DNA from: Lepidodermella squamata
Taxonomy: Eukaryota > Animalia > Gastrotricha
Direction of reading: 5' to 3'
Assembly (NCBI GenBank): GCA_047495785.1
Contig: JBLDXI010000006.1
Coordinates: 386,438-450,437, forward strand
DNA: 64,000 bases
In this document: positions 36,332 through 49,773 of the stretch, one piece after another
Numbering within the stretch: the stretch's first letter is position 1
Layout: every line of letters starts with the position of its first letter
Position numbers and translations under genes: made by a program
Notes under the pieces: model-generated
The model's database searches: none
What the model was told of the DNA's origin: nothing
Seen by the model: only the letters and a program-made list of their open reading frames with translations

Positions 36332-39300
36332 TCAAGTAAATTTCGGAGTAAGAGGCGGCAGGCCGATGAAGCGGTACTGCTTCTCGCATTCGTCACCCTC
36401 GAGTCGGTGCAACTCGATGAACAGCCGATTCAGGTGCGTCAAATCGGGCCTTCGATAAGCCAGGCCTGTTATTACTTGCTCAGAGGTGCGTTCAAACCGC
36501 GGAATCAACTCCAAGAGCACCTTTTCGAAGCATAATCGGCGAAAAACTGCGTTCGGACAACTTGTCTGCCAGTACCATCCGATAATTTTCAGCATCTCGC
36601 TTTGAAGGCTTTGAATTAAAAGCGGCATCTTAAGTCGCGGACTCTCAGCTGAAAGCGCAAGAAAATGAAAAATAAATTTTCAAAATTAGAGCGAGACAAT
36701 TTAAAAACAATCGTTTTTAAAAATTGAATTTTTCTGAAATTTTTGAATTACTTGAAAAAACGCGGCGGTTAAACAAAAACGGCAGAACGTCATAACAGCA
36801 AATGCCCCTAAACAGCAAGATTCATCTTTTACATATTAAGTTTTTGCTGTTTTGTCGCAAAATAAAAAATTTGCTATTTAGCTATTTTTGCTGGTGGTGG
36901 TGGTGGTGGTGGTGGTGGTGGTGGTGGTGGTGGTGGTGGTGGTGGTGGTGGTGGATCACCGGTTCTACGACAACTGAGACCCGACAACTGAGAAAACGAC
37001 AACTGAGACCGGACAACCGAGACCAAAATATAAATAAATAATTTTATTTTCGCTAACCGAGACACCGACAACCGAGACCAAATAATTCGAATTAATAATT
37101 AATTAAATCTTGGACAACCGAGACTCCGACAACCGAGACACCGACAACTGAGACCAAATAAATAAAATAAATTTAATTTTTAATTAAAGCCCAAACTGGG
37201 TTGGGTGACAAATACGCCCCGACTAATCCGCCGGTTAACTTTGCGTCCCGACAAATACGTCCCACGACAATACCGCTGGCGACATGAACGCTGGCGACCT
37301 TATAGCCATAATTTTAATAATTTAAAAAATATGAGCGTCAAAGTGTCAGCCCCAAAAATGGGCTGATATGACGCGTGAAAAAAATATTTTTCAATTAATT
37401 AATAGCGACATGATCGCTCGCGACTTGTACGCACGCGACGTTAACGCCCTTGACATATGCCATGAACAGTGATGATCTAACACCGATATGGGTTTTGTTT
37501 TGAGATCAAGGCGAGAAACGGGGTCTCGCCAAATACAGTGGCGTATATGTCACTCCAAGCGGTCTCATCCGAGAAATGGCTGCGAGGAAAGGGCCGCATC
37601 CGGGCCTCTGTAAAAAATCATTCCAGTGGAGCGTGGAGCCACGTATCCCTAAGCAGGGTATTCGGTTTAAACTCAAACCAGTTCCTACCAGTTTACACCG
37701 GTGCCGGTATAAACCGGTTTTTTCAAGTTCAATAAAACCGCGGTTTTAAGTAAACAGACAAATCCGACGGTTAGATAGTAAGACATCACCAGGAATGTGT
37801 CGTCCTAGCTGAAAGTGTTGGCGCAAAGATCAGCTACAAGATCAGGAGTTGCGTTGGTTATGATAATCAGCTTTGATTCTATGCGTGAAGGATCATTTGC
37901 CAAGTAAGATTCGGCCAACTTCGAACAAAATCAATCATTCATTGTATAATCGATAATCGATATTCGATAACCGATACTCCCAGTGAAAAAACAGATGCGC
38001 TCAGCGTGTTCAGCGCCTCAGATTACCCCTAGAACTCAAATATCTCCAAATAATTCGCAAAACTAACGAAAATATCGGAAAATCAAAATTCACTTCCGGT
38101 TTTTTAATTGTTGAGCGGAACATTGTAAAAAAAATTTTTTTCAAAGGAATCGGCAAAACCGCGTCTTTTGATCGCAAAATCCCCCTTAGAAACCCCGAAG
38201 GGGTAAAGTTTGCACGGGGAACTCAATCCCGTTTTCAGAATTTTCATAGCTATCACAGATCTGGAGATAATTAGCTGTTTTTTTAATGTTTATTGCTTTA
38301 TTGCATTTAATCGAATTTTTATGAAAATAGTCGAGTAACACATCAAACTATGCAGTTTTTTGCGTAGATTAACGTGGTGCACTCGAAAAATCAATAGAAG
38401 CTAAGGCATTTGAGTTGTTCGACTCTTCTTTTGGTCAGATCCTTTGATTATTGAAATTCATTAAAAACCGGTGTTTATTACCGGTATAAATCGGTTTAAA
38501 CTGGTGGGCGGTTTTTTTTGAATAAAAACCGGTCGGTATAATACCCTGTCCCTAAGGGACCTGCTGATGAGCAGATCACAGCACTGGTGGCAACTGAATA
38601 GTGCTTGGCCTCATACGGGGTCCAATGGATAGCTATACGTCCAGCGGGCCCGCCACGTCAAGGTTCCAGTGCACCAGGCCCGGTCTTACCAAGAAAATCT
38701 AAGTCTTGTCATGAGTCAAGTTTGGTTGCTAAAAATCTACCTGTTTCCACCTCTGGTTAGAATTCGGTATCTATTTGCTGTTATGTCGCCAGCGATAAAG
38801 TCGCTAGCTATAATGTCGTAAACAAATATAGTTCATAATTTATACAAAGCGCTTCTGTCGCCGTCGGAAGCGTCGCTAGCTAGCTTTTCGCCTGAAATAA
38901 CCAAATTTGGACTAATTTGTCGTGGGCGGATAAGTCGCCCACATTTTTGGGCTATAATGTCTTGGGACGTAATTGTCGGGGCGCAAAGTATACGGACGCA
39001 AAAGTCGCGCACGGATTTGTCGCCACACCCCAAACTGAAGCCGAATATTAAGCATAGTGAGACCTTAACCCTAACCCTATAACCCTAAACCTAACCCTAA
39101 CCCTAACCCTAACCCTAACCCTTAAAAGTAAGAGCGTTTTTGTAAATTAAATTAATTTTAATTATTTGGTCTCAGTTGTCGGTGTCTCGGTTGTCGGAGT
39201 CTCGGTTGTCCAAGATTTAATTAATTATTAATTCGAATTATTTGGTCTCGGTTGTCGGTGTCTCGGTTAGCGAAAATAAAATTATTTATTTATATTTTGG

Positions 39301-40486
39301 TCTCGGTTGTCCGGTCTCAGTTGTCGGATCTGAGTTGTCGTGGTCTCAGTTGTCGGAGTACGCACAAAAGCTCAAAAATCAAAATGTTAAATTTCAAATT
39401 TTTTTAATTTAAATATGTTGAAAATGTGAAAAAACGATAATTAAAATTAATTTTTTATTTTTACCTCTGAAAAACGCGATAACTTGGAGAAGGCTGATTT
39501 CGACGAAGGACGGCTGCCAAGCTTCCATAACGGCGGAAATTTTCGCAATGTGTTCGATTTGATTCTTATGAATCGGGAAGGCCTTCAGGAAAATGCGAAC
39601 CGCTTCGGGCGGCAGGGCGTAGAAGTGATTCAGGCAGGAAGGAAGGGACACTTGAAGGATGACGATGGTGACCAACGATCGTGAGAATAAATGGCACCAG
39701 TCGCTCGTCGGCAGTTGAGGAGCGATGGGTCTTAGAGCTCGAGTGAATTCAACGCCAGCTAGCAGCATTTGTCCAAAGCCGGCCATTATCGCTATCCACA
39801 ACGTCGTATCACTTCAAAAATTATCTCAAAAAATGAGCAAAGGTGAGCAAGGTCATTCCCTATTTTCTAGTAATTTTTCTATTTTTCTATTTTTACCTGA
39901 TTTATTTGCCCAGCTTTAAATAATTAGTGGGTAATTTTACACACTCATTACACACTCGCCCTTGAAATTCAGGTGAATTCTTACATTTAGAATTTTTTTT
40001 ATGAATTTTCGAATTTTTTAAAAAATTTGGAAAAATCTTAAAATAATCAAACAAAAATTGTAAAATTAAAAAAATTAACTCCTGAAATGGCTTGCAGTTC
40101 CATTCGATCGATTCGATAACGGATAATTCGCTTGTAGCTCGCAGCAGTACGACCAGCTGTTGCTCGGTCATGATCGAACCATTGAAGGGAATTTCTTTAA
40201 AAATTGAGCTCGCTTTTCTCTCGTTTTTCGCCGTGACAATAGCGCATTTGGCACACGGGCAAGGTCGAACCAGCTCGTTGCCGTTATCGATGAAATTCGG
40301 TCTCTGGCCGGTAGGCGAGCGTTGATTGAAGTCGTTTATGCACTGCAAGTTGCGCGCCGTGTTCTTATTATTGTAACGGTCGAAAAATTGGCTACATAAC
40401 TTGCACAGGCCGCTCGACTCAGCCTTTGATTGGGCACAAGCTTCACACAGCAAAACAGCAGGATTCGCCACGCAAAACTCTCTCAT
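36332..40486 (-). CDS. Nuclear receptor-like gene 3 (intron 2 expanded by nested transposons)
   Basis: Exons approx. 40486-40081, 39812-39466, 36648-36332. CEAC-x10-CKLC. Exons 2 and 3 are nearly identical to gene 4. Confidence 0.8.
36892..36954. repeat. (TGG)n microsatellite, about 21 units
   Basis: Uninterrupted tgg run adjacent to the left end of the foldback element. Confidence 0.95.
37199..39029. mobile_element. Merlin-like non-autonomous element (middle layer)
   Basis: 8-bp TSD CCAAACTG at 37191-37198 and 39030-39037. Imperfect TIRs GGTTGGGTGACAAATACG and CGGATTTGTCGCCACACC, with tandem cgac subrepeats at both ends. GG termini with an 8-bp TSD suggest Merlin. Confidence 0.75.
37654..38548. 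mobile_element. hAT-like non-autonomous element (inner layer, 895 bp)
   Basis: 8-bp TSD TCCCTAAG at 37646-37653 and 38549-38556. TIR CAGGGTATT/AATACCCTG and subterminal aaaccgg motifs. Confidence 0.88.
39066..39122. repeat. Interstitial telomere-like (CCCTAA)n tract
   Basis: About 9 taaccc units inside the foldback element. A shorter tagggttaggttagggttag lies at 27047-27066. Confidence 0.9.
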
Positions 40487-41179
40487 TCTTAACAAATGTA
40501 ATTTCTAAAAATATTAAAAAAAATTTTAATTGAGAAAATGTAAACGTTCGAGCTATAGGAGGAATTACAGGCAATATATTGTTCTTTGGTGATAATTTTA
40601 GATTTTGGTTGTCATAATTAAACAATGGCCATTGTCGTTAATTCGTCCTATGAGGCTTGCGACAGTCTTGGTGAGGCTTGGGTGAGTGTCTAAAATCAGG
40701 CTCAACGACACAGAACATTTAAAACAAAATTGAAATTACCTATAGCCTGGGTATTTTCCATCGAATGAGATCTTCCCAACTCGTGCTCAGTACAATAAGC
40801 TAAATAACGAGAAATGCATTCGTCCGTGCTATTTGTCGCTATTCAAATTTCTGTCAGCCGCTGACCTAATAATGTGCGAATTTTTGATGGCTAGATCTAG
40901 GTAAATTGATCAAAAACATCGCTAATTATCGTGATGGAAGCATATTTCATCATTCATCCAGGGGTTAACGAGAGGAGAACTTAGTCTTCACTTTGGTTTC
41001 AATGCGCACTCATGCGTGACGGATTGGTATGCAAATATATTGAATCGTTATCGGCTTGTGCCCAATCAAAATTGCGCCATTCAATCACGTGCGAGCACTT
41101 CTCATATTCCCGATCCTCTTCTGATATCGGAAAAATCACTGATTTGTAGAATCGATATTGAAATCGATAGAGAAATGCT

Positions 41180-41397
41180 AGGCTCAAACTTGAGTGCTAT
41201 CAAATGTCAAAAGAGAAAGAAAATAAAATTAATATTTATTCCGTCTCGAAAAAATTGTCAAAAATACATATATCGAGCTGCTGCTTTTCAATTATTTGTT
41301 CGATTTTTCACGAAAATTTCGGCTCAAGAGGCGGCAGGCCGATGAAGCGGTACTGCTTCTCGCATTGGTCGCCCTCGAGTCGGTGCAGCTCGATGAA
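41180..41397 (-). pseudogene. Orphan copy of the last codons and 3' flank of nuclear receptor-like gene 5
   Basis: 41256-41397 is near-identical to 44189-44330 (..IELHRLEGDQCEKQYRFIGLPPLEPKFS*). Confidence 0.85.
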
Positions 41398-41510
41398 TGT
41401 ATTTAAAAAACTTCACCTTCGAATTTTTAAAACTTGATTTTTTATTTTTTCTTCTCCAAAGCGAAATAATAATGTAAATGTTTACACCACTCGAGTTATT
41501 TTGATTTTTT

Positions 41511-43184
41511 TCAAGTAAACTTCGGAGTAAGAGGCGGCAGGCCAATGAAGCGGTACTGCTTCTCGCACTCGTCGCCTTCAAGTCGGTACAGGTCGATGAA
41601 GAGCCGATTCAGGTGCATCAGATCGGGCCTTCGATAAGCCAGGCCGGTTATGACTTGCTCAGACGTACTTTCGAATCGCGGAATCAACTCGTAGAGAACT
41701 TTTTCGAAGCATAACTGGTGAAAAACTGGGTTCAAGCAGCTTTTCTGCCAATACCAAACGAGAATTTTCAGCATTTCGCTTTGAAGGCTTTGAATTAAAA
41801 GCGGCATCTTAAGTCGCGGACTCTTAGCTGAAGGCAAAAGAAAATGAAAAATAAATTTTCAAAATTTGAGAAAGACAATTTGAAAAGAATCATTTTTTAA
41901 AAAATTGAAATTTTATTGAAATTTTTAAATAATTTAAAATATAACGTGGAGGTTGAAAAAAAACGGCAGACTGTCATAACAGCAAATACCCAAAACAGCA
42001 AACGCGACAAAACAGCAACTTGCGACAACAGCAGAAAAATGATGCAGCTTTGACATAGTAAGTTTTTGCTGTTTTGTCGCAAAATAAAAGATTTGCTATT
42101 ATGTCACAATCGCTCTTCTGCGAAGTTGCTGTTTTGTCGCCGTACCACAAAAACTCAAATCTTTTTAATTTAAATATGTTGAAAATTTGAAAAAAACGAT
42201 AATTAAAATGGATTTTTTTTATTTTTACCACTGAAAAACGCGATAACTTGGAGAAGGCTGATTTCGACGAAGGACGGCTGCCAAGCTTCCAAAACGGCGG
42301 AAATTTTCGCAATGTGTTCGATTTGATTTTTATGAATTGGGAAAGCTTTCAGGAAAATGCGAACCGCTTCCGGCGGCAGTGCATAGAAGTGATTCAGGCA
42401 GGAAGGAAGCGACACTTGAAGGATGACGATGGTGACCAACGACCATGAGAATAAATGGCACCAGTCGCTGGTCGGCAGTTGAGGAGCGATGGGTCTTAGG
42501 GCTCTTGTAAATTCAACGCCAGCGAGCAGCATTTGACCAAAGCCGGCCATTATCGCTATCCATAACGTCGTATCGCTTCACAAATTATAAATTATCGCAA
42601 AAAATTAGTTAAAATTATTAGGAAGGGTCAAGTCATTCCTGATTTTCCCATTAATTTCGAAATTTTTCCCAATTATTTCCCAATTTACCTGGCTTTACCT
42701 GGCTTCGAAAATTTGGAAAAATCTTAAAATAATCAAACAAAAATTGTAAAATTAACAAAATTCACTCTTGAAATGGCTTGCAGTTCCATTCGATCGATTC
42801 GACGACAGATAATTCGCTAGTAGCTCGCAGCAGAACTATCAGCTTTTGCTCGGTCATAATCGAGTGATTCGAAGGGATGCCTTCAAAAAGCAAGCTAGTT
42901 TTCCGCTCGTTTTTCGCCGTGACAAAATCGCATTCCCAAAAAAAGCAATTGGCGCACAGACAGGGTCGAACCAGGTCGTTGCCGTTATCGATGAAATTAT
43001 CGGGTTTGCGATCGACAGGTGATGAGCATTCATTAAAGCTGGTTTTGCGATTTTGCAAGTTGTGCGCGTTGTATCGGTCGAAACTTGTATTACATAACTT
43101 GCATAGGCCGCTCGACTCAGCCATTGAATGGGCGCAAACCTCACAAAGCAAAACTGGAGGATCCCTCATGCATAACACTCTCAT
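41511..43184 (-). CDS. Nuclear receptor-like gene 4
   Basis: CEVC-x10-CKLC; VEFTRALRPIAPQLPTSDWCHLF; three exons in conserved phase. Confidence 0.8.
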
Positions 43185-44241
43185 TTCTTGCTAAATATAA
43201 TTTCTAAAAAAATTAAAAAAATTATAATAAAAAAATTAAAGAAATTACCAATCTTACCAAAAGAAATTGAATTAAAAATTGAGAACATTAAATTCACGCT
43301 TTAGATGAAATTTAGATGAAAGCACGACAGTTTAGGCCAATCATTGTTTCACTGCACTTTCAATGCACTTTGGCTGCAATAAGAGATTCATAAGTGTTCT
43401 TTTTAGATTTTGATTGTCATAATTGAACAATGGCCGCATTGTCCTATGAGGCATGCGACAGTTCTAAATCGCCGCATGGTGGGTGTCTAAAATCAGGCTT
43501 GTCGTAAAAAACTTTGAAATTACCTAAGCCTGGGGAATAAGTTTTTTTTCATCAAATGAGTTTTCCAACTTTCGGTCAAAAATAAGCATACTAACGAGAA
43601 ATTCATTCATCCGTACTATTCCGTGTCGCTATTCAAATTTCTGTCAACCGATAACGATGATGACATGAATAAGTTGATCGAAAGCATATAGCGATAATTA
43701 TCGCAAGGGAAGCATCTTCATATTTCATCATTCATCCAGTTGCTAACCGCAATGCAAGGTTATAGTCATCATTTTTATGCACTTGGGTTAACTATCTCGC
43801 AGGTACAATATTATTATGCTACATTTTGGCTCCATAAATAAGTTTTTCGCATTTTTCAGCATTTCTTTTCTCGATTCGACTGGTATCATCGGAAATTTGT
43901 AAAATCGATACTTGGAATCGATTCGGCTCCGCAGGTTTAGTATAACTCGTAAAATACGACTAATTATGAGCTTTTTTTTAGGAAAAAAACTAGCGAAAGG
44001 AATGACCTTGATCAAGCAAAAATTCTGTCGGGTTACGCGCGAACTTATTATAAAGATTTTATAAAATAATCTATTTGTAGGCTCAAACTTGCGAGAGATT
44101 CTCCCCATGGCTCTAAAAAGGGCTGTCAAATGTCAGAAAAAAACAAAAGAAAGAAAAAACGAAACATTTATTCAGTCTATTTAAACATTTGTCAAAAATA
44201 CATATATCGAGCTGCTGCTTTTCAATTATTTGTTCGATTTT

Positions 44242-46428
44242 TCACGAAAATTTCGGCTCAAGAGGCGGCAGGCCGATGAAGCGGTACTGTTTCTCGCATT
44301 CGTCGCCCTCAAGTCGGTGCAGCTCGATGAACAGCCGATTCAGGTGCGTCAGATCGGGCCTGTAATTCGCAAGGGCGGTTACGCCTGCCTCAACTGCGCG
44401 TTCGAACCGCGGTATCAATTCGTTGAGCACCTTATCGAAGCATAACCGGCGAAATACTGTGTTTGAGCAACTTTTCTGCCAATACCAGTCGAGAATTTTG
44501 AATATCTCGCTTTGAAGGCTGTGAATTACATGTCTCATCTTGAGTCTAGGATTCTCCGCTGAAATATAGGAATTTTTGAAAATATTAGAAAAATTTAAAT
44601 TTCTGAAAATTTAAATTGAAAAATTTCAATTTCATTGAATTTTCGCAAAAAAATAAAATAAAAAAGTTTAATTTTCAATTGTTTACCTCTGAAGAACGCG
44701 ATAACTTGGAGAAGGCTGATTTCGACGAATGACGGCTGCCAAGCTTCCATAACATCAGCAATTTGCGAAATGTGATCGACTTGATTTTTGTAAACCGGGA
44801 AGGTTTCGAGAAACATTTGGCGACACTCAGTATGCATGCCGTAGTAGTGGTTTGAACACGCCGGCAGTGATAGCTGCAGGATGGCTATGGAGACTAAGGA
44901 CCGTGAGAATAAATGGCACCAGTCGCTGGTCGGCAGTTGAGGAGCGATGGGTCTTAGCGCTTTTGTGAATTCAACGCCGGCGAGTAGCATTTGACCGAAG
45001 CCGGCCATGATAAAATTCCACAGGGAAGCATCGCTATAGTAAAAAAACAACATCAATTTTAGTAAATTTGGGTATAATTCAGCATTCGAAGTAGGATCCT
45101 AAAACCTTTTGGCTATTTTGGATTTTTTCGATTTTTTTTTCGTTGACGTCCTTGGTGTGCTCTTTTTGCACAAATTATGAATCATCGCCATGCAAAAAAG
45201 CAGCGATGATTCATAATTATTAGCTGTTGTTCGCACTAAGTCTCGAGCGGGAGGGAACGGTACAGTGTACATCGCACACTGGCCTAATTATTTGCACCAA
45301 CAAAATTCAAAATTAGGGTTCCAGCACTAAATTTAGGCACTTAATTTTTCGGATTTTTGCCATTTCGAATTTGTTTTAATAATAATGATTTCACCCTGAA
45401 CTTTTAATAATTTATTCGGATTTTTTTTGAAATATTGATGAATTTTTGCTTGGCGCGCCAAAAATTAGGGTTCCAGTTCTCCAGCCCCTGGAAATTATGA
45501 TTTTTAGAGTTTCACGCCTTCACTAGAATCTCAATTTTTTGCTATCATGCCTAACCGATAGAACTCTATATTACGCGTATTTTGCGCTATGAGCAATCAT
45601 TTTAAGAGTTTTACTTCAGTCTGCAGAGCCGATATCGATTCCAAGTATCGATTTCACAAATCAGTGATTTTTCCGATATGACATGGCTTGGAACCCCGCG
45701 TCGATAATTTTTCTACTTTGCTTAGGGCACCATGTCGCAAAAATAAAAAATCCCTTGTTCAGGGAGGGCATCAGTATCAATCAATAAAGGGGAAAAGCCG
45801 AATTCACAAAAAATCGGAAAATTGTAGTGCCGGAACTCTTAATTTGAAGGCCGGAACCTCATATTTAGTGGTGCAAATATTATTAATAAAAATCTTACAT
45901 AATATAATACAAGTAATTTTTGCGTTCAACAAATATAAAAAAATCCGATTCGATTTTGTATAAAAGCTCAAGCGTGAACTGAATTAATTGTTAAATAGGT
46001 AAACAAAAATAAATAAAAAAAAATTACTTATGAAATGTTTCCAAGTCCCATTTGATCGATTCGATGACTGATAGCTCACTGGTTGCTCGAAGTAGAACTA
46101 TCAGCTTTTGCTCAGTCATGGCGCCATCTTCAATCGGAGAATTCGGCAACGACGATGACGAACCGAAATTCCTCTCATTTCTCGCCATGACAAAAGCGCA
46201 CTTGTCAAATATGCACTTGGCACACGGCTGAGGCCGAACTGCTACCATTTCGTTGCCGTTGACGACCAAATTCGGCCTCTGGTCGGTCGGGCATTGATGG
46301 CAGCCGGTTAGGCACACCAAGTATCGAGAATCAGCCTTGACACAGTGGAAAAGTTGGTTGCACAACTCGCATAAGCCGATCGAACTAGCCGTTGAAACGC
46401 TACAAACTTCGCATGGATTACAATTCAT
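44242..46428 (-). CDS. Nuclear receptor-like gene 5
   Basis: CEVC-x10-CELC..CLTGCHQC..CAKCIFDKC; LBD exons intact. Confidence 0.8.
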
Positions 46429-48127
46429 ATCGCACGAAATAGGTATCTAAAATTATGTAAAAAATCTAGACGAAAGTAATAACTGAACATGTTTGTTTGT
46501 TGAAATTATGAGTGGTCAATTTTCCCACGTATTAAATAATTAAGAAAAAGCGGGGTAATAAATAATGAAACACCCAGCAGCTCGAAACTGATCTAATTCG
46601 ATCTGGACAATTTTCGACACTCTGTGGACACCCTGTTTTGTGTTACGCAATATTGACAAGCTGGCGGACATTTTTTTTTAAACATAGAAGTGTCCCGCTG
46701 CCAAACTCTTTAGCCGCTTTAAATCGAGAAGTGGGTTAATTTGACTATCTTTAAATTAGCCCTAATTATAATCCTTAAGACACCACTTCTGCCCTGTTGC
46801 ATCATCGCCTAAAACAGGCAGGGTCGGAAAAATTAGAGAAACTACACGGGAAAAGGTTCAGAAATTTTAAAATGAGAGGCGAAGTCATAACTCATGGCCA
46901 GAAAAATTAAACAAAAATGCAGAATTTCATGTGAATGGTAATGAATTATAAATGAAATTTAATAAAAATCCGGAGAGATTAGGCCCATTACCGAGAATTA
47001 CCGAACAGGTAAACATCGGGTTTTCCCGGGTTTTATTCGGCAAATTTGTGGATAAAGAATGGGTTCAATTTCAAATATCGGTTCAATTTTCTAAAAAAAA
47101 ATTGCGCCACTGATGGCACACGCTGTATAGAGTAATTCCTTATTGCACAATCGTGGAAAATTGACAATCGAGGAGCATTTTAATTACTAATTTTTGACAA
47201 CGTACAATTCCTCGTGTTATATAGCGGTTTAAACATACGGCGAACGATTTTGTCCCAGTTCGACGCCAGGTTATAGGAATATTTAGGAGAGAAATAACGG
47301 AAAAAGCAGGACAAAGTCCCTATTTCGGTTGTACTAAAATCATGTCGCGAAAAATTTACGCTGGTCTTCAAATGGTCGCCACTATTCTCGCGTTATCAAT
47401 CATGTTTCAAGAGCAGCGAATAATGTATCGAATTATACTCACTTGATAGGTGTATATATAAATGTTGGCGCATGACCTAGAAAAAGCTGAGGTCGCGTCA
47501 ACACGCATGATTTAAATTGACTTATTTTGCACGGGTTGTAACGGGTATTCGATGTTTTTATTTCGATGAACATATTCTCAGCTTGTCAATGTTTAGTAGC
47601 CGGTATTGTGTTTTTCATTTGGCAGCGCCCTCGAAAATTGGTCAAAAGTGAGACTTGGGCAAATGTAACAAAAATGTTGGTCAAGTGGCTATTTCCGAAT
47701 AACCGGACAGTTTTAGTACCTAATTAAAATTCAAAGAATTGTCATTCCATAGAATATAAGGATCTTGCGCGAAATAATTAGTTGCGCGCATATTAAGTGT
47801 GCGCGAAATGTCGCGAGCACTAATTTTATTGGGTACGCGTACAACAACTTTTTCCCATCAATATTTTCGCGCATCGACCTTATACTCAATCGATAGAGAA
47901 TTTCCTAAATTTTTATTTGACATAAAAACCGCCAGATTATTCGAAAGTAGCTATTTGACATCAGTCCAAAATGTCCCGAAAAATTAGGAAACCAAAAACT
48001 CAATAATTGCTTTCAATAATTGTCGTAACATTTTACTTGATAATTTAACAAAATTAGCGAAAATTTTACATCATTTCATACAATTTTTTGGTATCCATAT
48101 AGATATCAAATTATTATAATTTGTATT

Positions 48128-49773
48128 TCACATGATTTTAGGATCTAGAGATGGCAAGCCGATGAGGCTGTATTGCCTCTCGCACGCGTCCGCCTCCATT
48201 AGGTGCAGGTCGAGGAAAAGCCGTGTTAGATGCTGCAAATCTGGCCGGTAATTCGCCAGACTGACGGTGACACTCTTCAGGGTACCTTCAAACTGGGGAA
48301 TCAATTTGTAAAATACGCTTTCGAAGCATTGCCGCCGAAAATCGCCGTTGGAACAGCTTTCGGCCCAGTACCAGTTGAGAATTTTTAGCATTTCGGTCTG
48401 CAAATTGTGGACGAGTAACGGCATTCTCAGCATGGAACTATCAGCTGAAAAAAATTAAAATTAAATTAAGAATAATCCTAAATTAAATTTCACAATTTTT
48501 TGAAAATTATTAAAAATTAAAAAAAATTAAGTGAGCATTTCATACCTCGAAAAAACGAAACAGCTTGAACGAGGCTGATTTCAACGAACGTCGGCTGCCA
48601 CGCTTCCATAACGGCCGCAATTTTGGCAATAATTTCAATTTGATTCTTGTGATGCGGGAAAAATTTCATGAAAATTCGAGCCGATTCTGGTTGAATGCCG
48701 TAAAAGTGGTCGAGACACGCCGGTAGTGACACTTGAAGGATGGCAACTGTGACAAAAGATTTCGAAAATAAGTGGCACCAGTCGCAGTTGGGCAATTTCG
48801 GGGCGATGGGACGCAGGGCTTTGGCGAATTCAACGCCGGCAAGCAGCATTTCGCCGAAACCAGACATGATCAGCGTCCAGAGAGAAACATCGCTAAAATA
48901 AAAAGAATGGCTCATTTATTTCCGATCATATTCGGACATAAATTCTAAGAGCTGAGGATTCCATACAAAATAAGAAAATTGAAAAATTGAAAAATTCAGA
49001 TTTTTGAGAAAGGAGGAAAGGCGCTGAATTCTAAGCAAAACAGAATTTTCCCGCAAAAACCTCGATTTTTTTAAAATCGAACAAAAATGGGTTTTTATTC
49101 GTAAAATTCCGCTTTTCTACGATAGGTTAGGCTTGGTAATTTCTGATTTTTCTGTAATTTTTATTATTTTTTATTAATTTTTGGCAATTTTAAACGATTT
49201 TGCGAAGTTTGGCATATTAGGGGTAATTTTAGATGCTCATTTGCATATGCAACACGCTTAAAATTGAGTAAAATTATAGCAATAATTCAGAAATCAGGAA
49301 AGATGGAGCTTCAATAACTTCAAGATAAATTCAGAATTTTCTAAAAATTACTTTTGATTTGGCTTGCAAGACCAGTTGATAGATTCCATAACTGACAATT
49401 CAGTGGTGGCGCGTAGAAGAAACATCAATTTTTGCTCCGTCATGATGCCATCAACGGACAAATTAATGCCAGAATATTCACGTTCTTCTTGTTGATTTTC
49501 CGCTGAAATTGCCGGCGCAAACATCACGGCCAAGCACCTGTCGTAGGTGCATTTAACGCAAAGGCGTGGCATGACAGCGACCTGCGACGTGTCGTAATGA
49601 CCTAGTTTCGCCCATTCGCCCGTCGGACATCGATGGCGCCCATCGATGCACAGCAACTGGTCGCATTTGCCTTGGAAACGTTCGAAAAACGAGAAGCAAG
49701 ACTCGCATAGGTTCGAGCCGTTTGTCGCGTCGATTTTCAGAAAATTACACACTTGACACAAATAATCAGTCAT
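48128..49773 (-). CDS. Nuclear receptor-like gene 6 (most canonical copy)
   Basis: CQVC-x13-CESCFSFFER..CIDGRHRC..CVKCTYDRC; VEFAKALRP. Confidence 0.85.

Larger units (their letters stand above)
36960..39361. mobile_element. Foldback-type element, about 200-bp TIRs built from ~15-bp cgacaac(c/t)gagac subrepeats (outer layer of nest)
   Basis: 36965-37165 is the reverse complement of 39160-39358. The insert is missing from the paralogous intron of gene 4 (near 42100-42150). Exact ends and TSD are uncertain. Confidence 0.85.

Noticed and set aside
36802-37071. Poly-Trp and poly-Pro ORFs
   Set aside because: Translations of the intronic (TGG)n microsatellite.
36965-37165. 15-bp repeats with AT-rich spacers as a CRISPR-like array
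   Set aside because: They are mirrored at 39160-39358, so they are TIR subrepeats of a foldback element.
38563-38620. CTGATGAG as a hammerhead ribozyme core
   Set aside because: No stem II followed by GAAA at a workable distance.
39066-39122. True chromosome end or de novo telomere addition site
   Set aside because: Short, imperfect tract embedded in a transposon within an intron, with the gene continuing on both sides.
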